A stretch of DNA of 64,000 nt. Source: Lingula anatina. Taxonomy: Eukaryota; Animalia; Brachiopoda. Both the position numbers and the translations under genes were made by a program. This document shows, one piece after another, positions 28,902 through 40,379 of this stretch. The notes beneath the pieces are model-generated. The model saw nothing but the letters and a program-made list of their open reading frames with translations. It did not search any database and was not told the origin of the DNA. The stretch spans positions 29,946,001 through 30,010,000 of the forward strand of contig CM120642.1 of NCBI GenBank assembly GCA_051362555.1, given 5' to 3'. Numbering within the stretch: position 1 is the stretch's first letter; the number at the start of each line of letters is the position of its first letter.

Positions 28902-30633
28902 ATCGCAGATCAAATCTTTTAAACGATGTGACTTTACACATGACACAATGTCAAAAAGGGTATAAAGTTTCAAACAGAGGGACTACCTGTATTTGGGATC
29001 TTAATAATTAATTTATATGGAGTTTATACAATGTACCTATATCTGACGTTGCTAAAATGCATCCTATTGATATACCTCTGTATGAAACCGAAATGTCATC
29101 TATAACTTGGCCAAAGCCCAATGATAACGCAAAAGACTGGGTTTGAGCAATGAACAACGTTTATTGTGGAGAAGGTAATTTTCGTCCATCATCATAAAGC
29201 TTCTGTAGCATCATGTACTATCTGTTTATATCTTATAAAGATTTTTCATTTGTAGTTTTTATTTTCGAATTGACTCCAAGTCTTTAACTGCTATAAAGTA
29301 ATAAAATAAAACGCAGATGTATCCGGTTATTGATACGTCCGAGAAAAAAATTGGTCATTATTCACATATTGTGTCTTAGAGGCAGTGTCTCCTTGTAAAA
29401 GCGGACCTTTACCAAACATGATGACAGGAAACGTGTAACGCTGTAATAGACTCGATCCACATGGAACGAAGTACAATGAGATAACACAACGGTTTTGACT
29501 GAGTACATGTACATTGCTTTGTCTCAAAATGCATACTGTACATTTACATGTGAAATCCATCCTGCTATACGTACCTTGATGCACGTAAGCTGGTTCGGGT
29601 TTCAAACATTTCCTAAGCGATCCAATTTCTGACGTCATTGATTTCATAACGACCCAATTAATTACACGTTAATTTCTTTGTCCGAGAGACAGTGAAGTGT
29701 CTTTTAATGGTCCTGCACAAACAGTTGCTCTTTGGTAAGACGTTCAAATTACATAAAGGGCCTAACTTATATAAATTTAGTCTTGAGGTGACGTGTATTT
29801 GAACTGAGCCGGTCATATATGGACTTAATTGTTATTTAAGACGCACCAAGACTTATTAAAGTAACAGTTCGTGCTATCAGGAGAACTGTTTGGCTGGTGA
29901 GGTTCGTGGTGTGGGTTGCACGTTACATCTTGCGGTTGTGACTACATGTCTCCGCTGACGCATTCTCCGTCAACTTTCACGCACGTGCATTTCTCATGGT
30001 CAACATTATACAAATATATTATTGGATAATGGTTTTCCGTTTCAGGGATATTTTAGACTAATCAGTTATTAAAATAAATAAACGGATAACATTAACAGTT
30101 CATTAATCTTGTAGAATGGTCGATATCTAAATAGCTGACATTAAATACGGAGTGTTTTCTCCAAATTATTTTTCTTCAATTTTTGTCTATTTCCGTGTAC
30201 TGAATGAAATCAAATATTTGAATCGTACTTAAATAAATTTAATTATCTCTTCAGTTTGAATGTGACATTAGTTCTTCAACTTAATTCATCCATAAAGTAT
30301 TACACAAGGGATGATTTAAGTCATAGCCTATAACAACCATTATTTCCAACTTATCAACTGCAAATATATTAAAAGTCCTCACGACCTTAATGAAATAAGT
30401 AGATTAAGTAATTATTGTTATCTTATTTGGGATTGAAGGTCGTCGGAGCAGTGACCCCTCCCCCTTGGCAAAACTGATTACACCGAGTATATTATCAACA
30501 AAAGGGGGGTCAGGTCTCCTGCAAGCCACGCAGTCACACAGACACATATATAAACCTTTGTGACCTCGATAAAGTTACTAGAAAGTGTGAGCCAATGCAT
30601 CAGTAGTTACCGTCTCAGAAGCATGTCTTTAAT

Positions 30634-30682
30634 ACACACACACGCACGCACGCACGCACACACACAAAAGACACACATAGAC

Positions 30683-30713
<31 letters not shown>
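30634..30713. repeat. Compound (CA)/(CACG)/(GA)n microsatellite between Xlox and the nuclear receptor
   Basis: Read directly from the sequence. Confidence 0.9.
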
Positions 30714-31263
30714 CCATTTGCACAGCAGCACTCCAACTTGTGATCTCGGTTTCGCCGCGCAGAGGACTGTTCTGTACATGAAGGTGAAACAAGACCGATG
30801 AGGGTCAGGGTTCAGGGCCAACAGGGATAAAAGGGGTACCTGTAAATACATGAACTGCATGCAATTTTGCATTTTAAGCAATAATCCCAAAAATCTTAAT
30901 TACATATTAATTACAAAAATATAATTACTAAGGTATTTCAGATGTTTAAGAAAGTCCTACTTAAAATGGAGGCGGGGTTGCAAACAATTTATCGTCCGAT
31001 TAAGAAGCATTTTATTCACACAGTATCCTGAAAATGCACAAATTAAACCACTATTCAAAAGAACTCCAACAATCACACAAAATTGTCACAGGAGAAACTT
31101 AATCCGTGAAACAATGTACGTTTTGATTTCATTATACACTCACATATCTACAGTATAACGGCAATGTCCGATCTGCTATGTTAAAATTAGCGTCATTTTT
31201 ATTTTATTTTTTAAATTAAAAACGGATTTGTTTAATCAATATAGTATCTTCACCGATTTTTGA

Positions 31264-32721
31264 TTACGTTTCTTCCAGTTCGCTTAGATCGGTGTTACAA
31301 AGTGAGAGTATGAGGTCGGGCAGGTCTATGTCAGGCATGTCAAGGTAAATCCGCTCGAGGATTTTCCAGCTAATTTCTGAAAGAGCGCGTATATTGACGA
31401 GGGCATTCACGATATTGGGAAACAGCCCTGGTCTGTCGGGGTGGTTGATTCTCAAAGAGTACTGCAACGCCTCCACAAGTTTTAACTGAATGGCTTCGAT
31501 CTTTGAAGGTTCCTTCAGGTCGCAGCGGTCGGAGAAAAACAGCGCGATTGCAGTAAGAAGAACGTATTCAGCGTACGATAATCTTAGGTTGGTCAGCTCT
31601 TGGGCCAGTTTGAAGAACGTATCCACATAATCCTCGTGTCCGAGTGCTTTGACGAGGTCAGTTTTGTGCAGTACCTTACCGGACATGGCCATTGTGTAGC
31701 ATTGGAGCTTGGCATTGAATCGCCGATGGCCACCAATGAAAAGAGCCTCATGGCGCGCGTACTTGATCAAGGCTGCCTGATCCTGGGTGCACAAATCTGA
31801 ATAACCGGGGATGAACATAGCAAACTGGATCAGTCGTTTAATGCATGCGTTAATCATCACAAGCCACTGGTTCAATATCTCGCGCCGGCCATCAAGGTCA
31901 AGGCCAGTCATACAATAAAACGTGCTGTACTCGTCGTCGTCGACGGGGTCTAGGCTGCCGAATATCTCCTGGCGAAGTTTGAAAACTTCCATGAATTGAA
32001 TTTGCTCGTCTCCGAGTTTAGATGAAAGATGGAGGCTCTCTGGGTCGATTATCATGGCGCACTCGGCGAGATATTTAACCAAGTGAGCAAGGTCCTGTTG
32101 ATGAACACTTTTAGCCTGGTCGAACAAGGCGTCCGTATTGGCACGGGGCTCCACTTGACTCTCCGCATAATGCTTTTTGATTTCCAAAATATCTTTCACT
32201 TTCTTTTCGTGGCTGTATCTGCCGGTTTTAATAGAGCTTCTAGACATTCCGACTGCGCGACATTTCTCGTAGCGGCAGTGAGCGCAGTAACGCCTTCGAC
32301 TCGGCACGATCTGGCACTTGCCGTTTCTCTTGCAGCTGTACACAGCATTCCTCTGCAACGTTCTCTTAAAGAACACCTTGCACGCCTCGCAAGTATTCAC
32401 ACCGTAGTGTAGCCCCGAGGCTGGCTTGCCGCACACTCGGCACGGAGGGAGCGCCGGGAGGGAGGGCTTGGACAGCTGACCTTCAGAGCCCTGACTATCC
32501 AACGTCGATGTCGAGCCAGAATCGGAACTCGACGGACTTAAGGGGTCGTCTGCCAGACTGGCGGGGTCGAGTAAGAGGGGCAGCGGACTGCATGGGAAGT
32601 CCTCCTCCAAATCCATGGAGTCCATGAATGTGTGAGAGTCCTTGGACAGTCTTCTGCCCCTTGTGCGGCTGTCTTCTGAAGTCATGTTGATACTAGCTAC
32701 GACCACCTTTAAGCGAGTCAT
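31264..32721 (-). CDS. Nuclear hormone receptor, NR1-like (resembles the lophotrochozoan NR1CDEF-type group), intronless CDS; start may be the second Met near 32685
   Basis: 485-aa ORF with a C4 zinc-finger DBD (CRVC..ASGLHYGVNTCEACKVFFKR..C.....C.........C..CRYEKC..VGM), a T-box-like IKTGRYSH, and an LBD (FA..IPGY.DL...DQAALIK; EYVLLTAIALFFSDR; LFPNIV..L..IR.L). Confidence 0.93.
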   Translation of the reverse strand: MTRLKVVVASINMTSEDSRTRGRRLSKDSHTFMDSMDLEEDFPCSPLPLLLDPASLADDPLSPSSSDSGSTSTLDSQGSEGQLSKPSLPALPPCRVCGKPASGLHYGVNTCEACKVFFKRTLQRNAVYSCKRNGKCQIVPSRRRYCAHCRYEKCRAVGMSRSSIKTGRYSHEKKVKDILEIKKHYAESQVEPRANTDALFDQAKSVHQQDLAHLVKYLAECAMIIDPESLHLSSKLGDEQIQFMEVFKLRQEIFGSLDPVDDDEYSTFYCMTGLDLDGRREILNQWLVMINACIKRLIQFAMFIPGYSDLCTQDQAALIKYARHEALFIGGHRRFNAKLQCYTMAMSGKVLHKTDLVKALGHEDYVDTFFKLAQELTNLRLSYAEYVLLTAIALFFSDRCDLKEPSKIEAIQLKLVEALQYSLRINHPDRPGLFPNIVNALVNIRALSEISWKILERIYLDMPDIDLPDLILSLCNTDLSELEET

Positions 32722-33206
32722 TATCTAGGACAACTTGACCTACTTCGATAACCGGATTTAGTCAGCGGCACTAGAATATGCGACCAGGGACTAAAATAAC
32801 TTATCAGGGACTAAAACTTCAAAATAAGACTATTTTTGAGAAGCGTGTTGGACGGTAACAGGTACAATTACATATCTAAATTTGTTTGTGTAGTTGCAGT
32901 AGCGATTTTTTTAAATAAAGCGCGTGAAAAGTTGAAATGATTCACGATTTTATCGTAATAACCGACATCAATCTCTCTGTTCAAATATTGCGTTAACAGG
33001 GGATATCTACCTTCGTCTACTTGTATAACCCTGGATGTAAATTCAAGATTAAAGGACGAAATAGTCACGTGTTGACAATTTACTCAGGATAAATATAAAT
33101 TCACCTGTGCACTGAGAATTGACACAAATGAAGGCCAGCGAGGACAGACCAATTACTGCCGAGTTGCTTTCTTTTCTTTTCACAAACTTTTTCTTACTGT
33201 CTATAG

Positions 33207-33424
33207 CAGTGGTGGATTCAGAAGGGGGGGGCAGGGGAGTCCTGAGTCCCCTCTTGAAATTAGAATTTTGACTAGATGAATCATAGTTCAAAACCGTTCG
33301 CCCTCTAAAATACAAAAATCAGCGGGCCCCGAACCCCACGCCAAGGGAGTGTCGGCTTCGCAGCCTCCGCCTTTAATCCCAAAAACGCCCCCCCCCCCTT
33401 CAAATAACCCTGGGTCCCTCCCTG
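33207..33424. mobile_element. Degenerate non-autonomous DNA transposon (CAGGGGCGGATCCAG-type termini)
   Basis: Starts cagtggtggattcagaagggggg and ends ccccccc..ctgggtccctccctg (imperfect TIRs). GC-rich island in AT-rich DNA. No clear TSD. Confidence 0.5.
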
Positions 33425-34219
33425 TATAGGTTTATTATAAGCAGTGTAGATATTTTGTATGAGGATATCATCATCTTGGAGGGTTGGGTGGGGGAGGCGC
33501 ACTCCACCTTCCAATACCTTCCACCTTCCAAACTTATTTCTTTAACCCCTCACACATAAGTTGAAAAGACTATAAGACACAAAAGCCATGATACTTCCAC
33601 GGATATTTTCCTCATTTACTTAGTATCTGAATATGTTGCTTGTCATTTCTTGAATCTCTTAAATTGCCTTCAGCTATATTCATTTACGAATAATCGTCAC
33701 GTTTGTATATACTGCAAGTTTTAATGAAGTTCCTCGAAAGAAAATAAAAGTAATCCATTCACTGGTCACAAAGTCAAAATTGTATGTCTTCTTATCTTTG
33801 CAAGTGTAATTTATCAATTAAAATAATACTCCTCAAATAATAGTGCCTGATATGAGTATTTATTTCTAAAAAAATTAAACCAGGAAGACATGGTGGTCTG
33901 AATGACTCATCATCGTTCTTTTAGTACTACAGTAGGTCATTTTATTAGAAAAACAGTACTACGCAATTTTTTTTCTCTCCAAGAAAATGATATTTGGTAC
34001 GAAAATCTCCCGTAAAATAATGGTACTTTCAAATTTTAAAGACAAATCAAATAAACACACATCTTCACGTGTGTAGTGCCCACATAGGAGCAGTACCAAG
34101 CACGTTATTGATCTTCACGTTGTCTTCACGGCACCTAAAGAATTTTTCTGTTTATTTCCTTGTCAATCCACTACCTGATGGCAAAATTGAGGCCACCGAT
34201 ATGTTCTTTTCGTGATTCA

Positions 34220-35898
34220 ATGTACTGCGTAATGGCTGCTAGGATGTACCACGTTCACCTTCTTTTTGTGTGTTTTATGGTGAATCTTTGGGCACCAGGA
34301 AATAGTAAGTACAACTGTACATTTATAACATGAAATGTAATTGATCTTGTATGTTTAAAACGTGTATGACTCCACGAAACGCAATGCAGGTAAGTATCAT
34401 TCCTCTTTCGCCACCCCGCTTCTTAGTGATTGTAAAATAATAACAGAAAAACGGTTACCATTTGTTTATATACTTTTATTTTAATTATTGTGCTTATTTT
34501 TTTCTTTTATGTCAACCAAAAGCAACGTCGACGGTTTCCAACACAAGTTCAGGAACATCGAATACCAGCACTACTAGTACCACTTTCTTAAATACCACTA
34601 CCGCTATCACCACGACAGTTTCCATTACGCCAAATGGCACTGATGGTAAGTTATCGATATATATCAAATTTAAGATATACTGATATCTTGATTTTTAAGA
34701 AGTAATCATTTCTGAAAAAATACATTTGCATGATCATTGACTTTTATGTTAGAATTTAGGCCCTACAAAATAAGTTGTTCAGAATAAAACGACCTTCATT
34801 TTAAATTGCTACTTAGTAGGCGTTGAAAAAAACTACAAAGCCCCTCGTACTGTTGGCTGCAAATTCATGTGCACTTGCAGTCGCCCTGTGAGGCACAAAA
34901 TACAACCACGTCCCCAGGGAGTTTCTAAAACTCAGAGAGCTCTCTCGGTGTTATAGTAGGTATTTTGGCAACAAGCACGTAATTAATCTCCACGTTGTTT
35001 CCACGGCACCTAAAGAATTTCTTTATTTCCTTGTCAATCCACTACCTGGTGGCAAAATTGAGGCCACCGATATGTTCTTTTCGTGATTTAATGTACTGCA
35101 TAATGGCTGCTAGGGTGTACTACGTTCACCTTATTTTTGTGTGTTTTATGGTGAATCTTTGGGCACCAGGAAACAGTAAGTACAACTATACATCTATAAC
35201 ATGAAATGTAACTGATCTTGTATGTTTAAAACGTGTATGTACATGTACATATGACTCCGCATTGCAAGTAGGGATCATTCACCTTCGCCACCCCGCTTCT
35301 TAGTGATTGTACAAACAATGACAGAAAAACAGTTACCAGTTGTTTCTGTACTTCTGTTTTTATTATTGTGCTTATTTTCTTTCTTTCATGTCAACAAAAT
35401 ACAACGTCGACGGTGTCCAGCACACGTTTAGGAGCATGGAATACCAGCACTGCTAGTACAACTTTCTCAAATACCACTACCGCTATCAGCACGACCGTTA
35501 CTGCAGACTGCATTACGCCTAATGTTACTAATGGTACGTTATCCACATATGTATCAAAGTTAAGATATACTGATATCTTCATTTCTAAGAAGTAATCATT
35601 TCTGAAAAAAATACGTTTGCATGATGATTGAGTATTGACTTTTATGTTAAAATTCGAGCCATTCAAAATAAGTTGTTCAGAATAAAACAAACTTTAAAGT
35701 AAACTGCTCCTAAGTAGATGCTGCAAAAATAACAGGGCACAGGTTATACAAGCCCCTCGAACTGTTGGTTGCAAATTCATGTGCACTTGCAGTCGCCCTG
35801 TGAGGCACAAAGTACAACCACGTCCCCAGGGAGTTTGTAAAACTCAGAGAGCTCTCTCGGTGTTATAGTAGGTATTTTGACATCAGTGTGTGCGTGCA

Positions 35899-35934
<36 letters not shown>

Positions 35935-37360
35935 GTATGTTGACTTGCTGGCACGATATTACATTGCACTTCAAGTAATGGTCACTCCTATTACAAATTT
36001 TTGTTATTGTTAAACCTACAGAAGAAAAACAGCAACCAGTTGTTTGTGATGATATCAACTTTATATATTTTAGTCTATCTATATTATTACGTTTATCACT
36101 TTCTCAGATACCACTTCCACTAACAGCACGAATGATTGTATGACGCCTACTGCCACTACTGGTAAGTTATAAATACATATGAAAGTTAAGATGTAAGTCA
36201 ACTAAATTCTTGATTTTGTTGGGAACTAATTATTTCTTAAAGAGGTACGTTTACATGATCATAAAGTATTGACTTTCATTTTTAAATTTTAGACATTTAA
36301 AGTAAATTGTTCAGAATAAAATGACCTTCACTGCTAATTCCTTCCAGTAAGTCTTAAAAAAACTATATACAAAAGACCCACAGCTTTTCCACGCTCCTCG
36401 TACTGTTGGATACATAACCACCTGCATTTGCAGATACCTTGGAGGCAACCACAACACCCAAGCCAGAAGAACCACCGCCAGTCGGTGCTATAGTTGGTCT
36501 CTCTACATCACTGGCGTTAGCAGTTCTTATCCTGTTACTGTGTGGTCTACTTGTATATCTACGACAGAGGAAGACTACACGTTTTAAGAGGTAAAGGAAG
36601 CCCTATGTATAAAAAAACTTTAAAAAACGCAAAATAATCTGTAAAGCATTAAGAAGTATTACGTAAACTATTAGACATTAATGTCTGTGTTCATTTTCTA
36701 TACATAGACTTTGTAAAACTGAAGAAGTATTATTGTAATAAATTTTTCATGTTTCATTTTTAATGTTTCAAGGTTTTCTTTGAAATCCCCATTGTATTCA
36801 TTTCAGGCCAAATTTTTCAAATCAAGCAATGGAAATGGTAAGGATTCAAAATATTTCACTAGTTTTTCATCCACTAATTTTCTTTATGCGTAAATTTAAC
36901 GTAGATCTACCCGTTGAAAACAACTGTGAAGTAGTAGTGAAGCTTTTGTAATTTCAAAAAATATATATCAAAATATTTTTCTAAACATTATGCCTATTCT
37001 GTTTGTATATCTTGCTCTAGTATTTAATGTAATATTTCTCAGGAACCAACGAGAACAACAGATTTCACACCCAATGGGAAGTCTATGGTAAATGCAGGTG
37101 CTTCCCGGAGCCACGATAACAATTTCACCTATTTCGTCAAAAGCGAACATATGAACGGATCTGCCGCGAGCGACGCCAATGAAGATGGACATGACTACCT
37201 AGATCTTAGTTCTGCCGGTACACCACCCAATGAGGAGTATTCGTATGCATATGCTTCTGTTGGTGGCAAGAAAGCCGAGATGGAATCAGGAGAACAGAGC
37301 AAGAAACAAAAACCCGAAGCCTTTGAGATGCAGCAAATGTATTTGAATGATTTACCCTAA
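34220..37360 (+). CDS. Receptor A: single-pass type I mucin-like membrane protein with tyrosine-motif tail; exons 34220-34304, 34523-34645, 36108-36161, 36434-36590, 36807-36837, 37043-37360
   Basis: Signal peptide (..MYHVHLLFVCFMVNLWAPGN), Thr/Ser-rich exons with N-x-S/T sequons, TM VGAIVGLSTSLALAVLILLLCGLLVYL followed by RQRK, a 31-nt micro-exon, and a tail with DYLDL, EEYSYAY and MYLN. All GT/AG junctions are in frame (phases 1,1,1,2,0). Confidence 0.8.
34971..35885 (+). pseudogene. Internal tandem duplicate (~875 bp) of receptor A exons 1-2 plus a decayed TM-exon fragment
   Basis: 34097-34970 is repeated at 34971-35880. The copy of exon 1 (35091-35175) is intact, but the exon-2 acceptor is mutated (caaaag>caaaat). 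The TM-like fragments at ~34881 and ~35793 carry stops, and the second ends in a (TG)n run. Confidence 0.75.
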
Positions 37361-38684
37361 CCATGCAGCAGTGCCCATATTCGCCATAAGGATTTGATAA
37401 AGTGCATGCCAAAGATTTAATCTTAATGTGGAGATAAATATCAACTTTAAACCATTTTGTGCAAATCCTCTTTTTCTGCAAAATTGATACCTCAAGCTTA
37501 TAGGAATGCTAGACCGTAGTTATTACAAAACAAATTCATCAGCGTTTTTTAATTATTTATTATTATTTTTTTTTTTTTGGGGGGGGGGGGGGGAGCGTTA
37601 AAACTTTCAATTTTTTTTCGCCAAACGGTACACCTCTAACTATATATCAACAGTCAGCGAGAGAGGAAATACTTCAGCTGCTTAAACTTCATGCAGACTT
37701 CCTCAATGAACCGATCGTCAAATCTAGGTCATTTTACCAATAGAAACGATTTAGGACCAAATCTTAATGATAAGGAAATGACAAAGCGGTCTTTAAATGT
37801 ACTGTGAAATGTTTTTCGATAAAGAGTGCGTGCATGTATTCATGTCGAGACAGTCTAAAATCTCATGGTAATGTCCAATATAAATCTATCTGTTCAAATA
37901 TTACGTAAATGGGGTATATTTATTCTTACAGGTATACTAGTATTGCCCTGTTAGAAGAATAATTCAAGATTATTAAGAGACGTAATGGTCGTTCAATGGT
38001 TCATTACATGTACCACTGGTCTCTTGATTGATATATACATGTATATGCGGGATTAATTCACTAACATTTAACACAAATTCAAAACAATTGCGTCAGATCG
38101 ATCATCTGATTCCCAGTTTATTTTTTACTTGTTTATTGTTTAAATAAAGGTATTTAATGACCAGAGCAGGAATTTTGTAGAGGATTGCGGATGGGGTGCG
38201 CTCGCTTACAAACAGCAAACAAAATGAAAACACGCTACGAGACACAAAGAACGAACCTCATACATGTACATGTAATACCTTCACCCATACACGATGAACT
38301 TTTGGGCTCCCCCCCCCCCCCCCACACACACACACACACACGAACACGACCTCACCTCTTGTCCCAGTGCACCATATATACAGTATAACTGACTCTCTTT
38401 AGGATATATATACCGATTTAAACAAGGTGCATATTGTCAAATTTATCATTTTAAAAATTTATCATTTAAAAATTGTGGCATATGTTGGGCCAAAGATATC
38501 GATGTGCTTGCTCCCTAGCCACTCGAAACTCCTGGATATCATTTGCCGTTTCTATTCCATTTTCTAAGAAGGAAAATAACCATTTTTCGTATCCTGAAGC
38601 TTTTTGCTCAGGAATGTATTGTATAATATCAAGAATGTATCACTAGGCTGTCCTGCAGGCCTCTAGCTAGCAATTATGTAAGAA

Positions 38685-39256
38685 TTGGCAAGGCCTTCCG
38701 TATGACGTGTAACGTATAGTACAATACGTAATACGTTTTACGTACGCGAGAAAGCTAGCAGTGGTTTTGGCAGGTCTCACTCCGTATGCGTTTTTTTTAA
38801 TATTATTTTTATTTATATTATATATAAATATTATAATATTTGGATTCTTTTTAGATAGATGATTGATTAAGATGTTGAATGGAATGTGTTATTTACGTCA
38901 ATTGATACCGCAGATCCTGTTGTTTATGAAAAAAATCAACTTAAATTGAATTTGATACTACTACGGACGACTGATTGCCTGGCTGTTTTTCCAGCTGTTT
39001 TCACAGAGTATTTCTACCGACAGCGTCTAAAAGTGATTCAGTGGAATCTTAACTCCCTATATATTCCTCTGCAGTATGTTAAACTTGAACGAAATAAGCG
39101 TAAATCTGTTAAATTCGATACGTTTCTTACCTACGTGTAATCACCGATTCATACGTAGTGCCGTATGACTTATGACTTGTCCTTGAGAAAAACTACGCAC
39201 AAAGTGATGACGTCGCACGTTATACGTCGTACGGAAGGCCTTGCCAAAACTCTCTA
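38685..39256. mobile_element. MITE (~570 bp) with ~31-bp TIRs upstream of glycosyltransferase copy 1
   Basis: ttggcaaggccttccgtatgacgtgtaacgt (38685) vs acgttatacgtcgtacggaaggccttgccaa (to 39247). Absent at the paralogous site ~47580. Confidence 0.88.
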
Positions 39257-39383
39257 TTATTAACCAACGTATGGTGCAATTGTCATGGATAATAGATGGT
39301 TCATTGAAGTGATCGACATTTTCATATTGTTTATTTATTTATCAATCTCTGTAAGTCAGTTTAAATGCTGCGGAGTGGATGTC

Positions 39384-40379
39384 ATGGCGAAAAAAGGGCT
39401 GGGTTTTGTTTTCTTCACAGCCAGTGCGGCTCTGCTCATTCTGATGGTTACTTTCACCACTATCCTCAACAAGAAAATCCGTCACATATCCAAACAGGAA
39501 ACGCAGCCCGATTGTTTAGTTCCAGAGTCAGTTTGTGAGGAAAAGCTACAGAAGAAACCATACCTGTGGTATCATCTCAAAAGGTATCCGTACAATTTTG
39601 GTGCCCCTTGTAGAGTGGACGAGGGACCGTTTCTACTTGTCCTAGTTATATCTGATCCTCGAGATTTTCAGTCCAGACTGACGTTTAGAAAAACTTGTGG
39701 AAGTGTTCCGGAATACTTGGGGCAACCAATTAAAACCGTCTTCTTTGTAGGGAATTCAAAATTGCCACACGTTGAGGAAAAAATCGTAAAAGAAAGCGAG
39801 CAGTTTGGAGATCTAGTTAAAGTCGATTTTGTTGACACGTACAAGAATTACACATTGAAATCTATTCTCGCCCTTCGCTGGGTAGCAGAGTACTGTCCTA
39901 GGACTCGTTTTGTCGTAAAATGTGGACATGACGTCACCGTTAACTATAGAGGCGTCATACGGTACCTGACACGTCTTCCGGCCAATAATTCTGGGAAACT
40001 ATTTGTTGGTTTTCTTTATGCTAATGGACCTGTACGTCGCAATTCACGCAGTAAGTACTTCCAGACCCGAGAGGAGTACAGTGACAGGAAATACCCACCT
40101 TATGTGGCTGGATTCGCATCGCTTCTTTCCTATGACGTCATCAAACTTCTTCACTCAGCGTCGTTATGGAAACACCTTTTCATGGAAGATGTCTTTTTAT
40201 CTGTCCTGGCACATGAAAATCACGTCAGACTTGAACATAATTCGGCCTTTATGAGTGAATCACGACGTTTTAACTTCAGTGATCTTTGCCGTGTGCGTAA
40301 TATGTTGGCAATTCACAAAAAACCTAATGCGAGGATTTGTGACCTTTATAAAGACAAAGATAAAGCCTGCACACATTGA
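39384..40379 (+). CDS. Beta-1,3-galactosyltransferase-like protein (GT31 family), copy 1, intronless type II membrane protein, 331 aa
   Basis: N-terminal signal anchor; GT31 motifs FLLVLVIS, R...RKT, VFFVG, E.EQFGDL..VDFVDTY.N.TLK, YPPY..G, MEDVF. The DxD position reads KCGHD. Confidence 0.9.
   Translation: MAKKGLGFVFFTASAALLILMVTFTTILNKKIRHISKQETQPDCLVPESVCEEKLQKKPYLWYHLKRYPYNFGAPCRVDEGPFLLVLVISDPRDFQSRLTFRKTCGSVPEYLGQPIKTVFFVGNSKLPHVEEKIVKESEQFGDLVKVDFVDTYKNYTLKSILALRWVAEYCPRTRFVVKCGHDVTVNYRGVIRYLTRLPANNSGKLFVGFLYANGPVRRNSRSKYFQTREEYSDRKYPPYVAGFASLLSYDVIKLLHSASLWKHLFMEDVFLSVLAHENHVRLEHNSAFMSESRRFNFSDLCRVRNMLAIHKKPNARICDLYKDKDKACTH

Noticed and set aside
31600-32412. Plus-strand ORFs inside the nuclear receptor
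   Set aside because: Antisense shadows of the real minus-strand CDS.
39285-39383. 33-aa N-terminal extension of GT31 copy 1 in the ORF track
   Set aside because: Not open in copy 2 (indel and stop) and looks like intron/UTR sequence; MAKKG is the shared start before the signal anchor.
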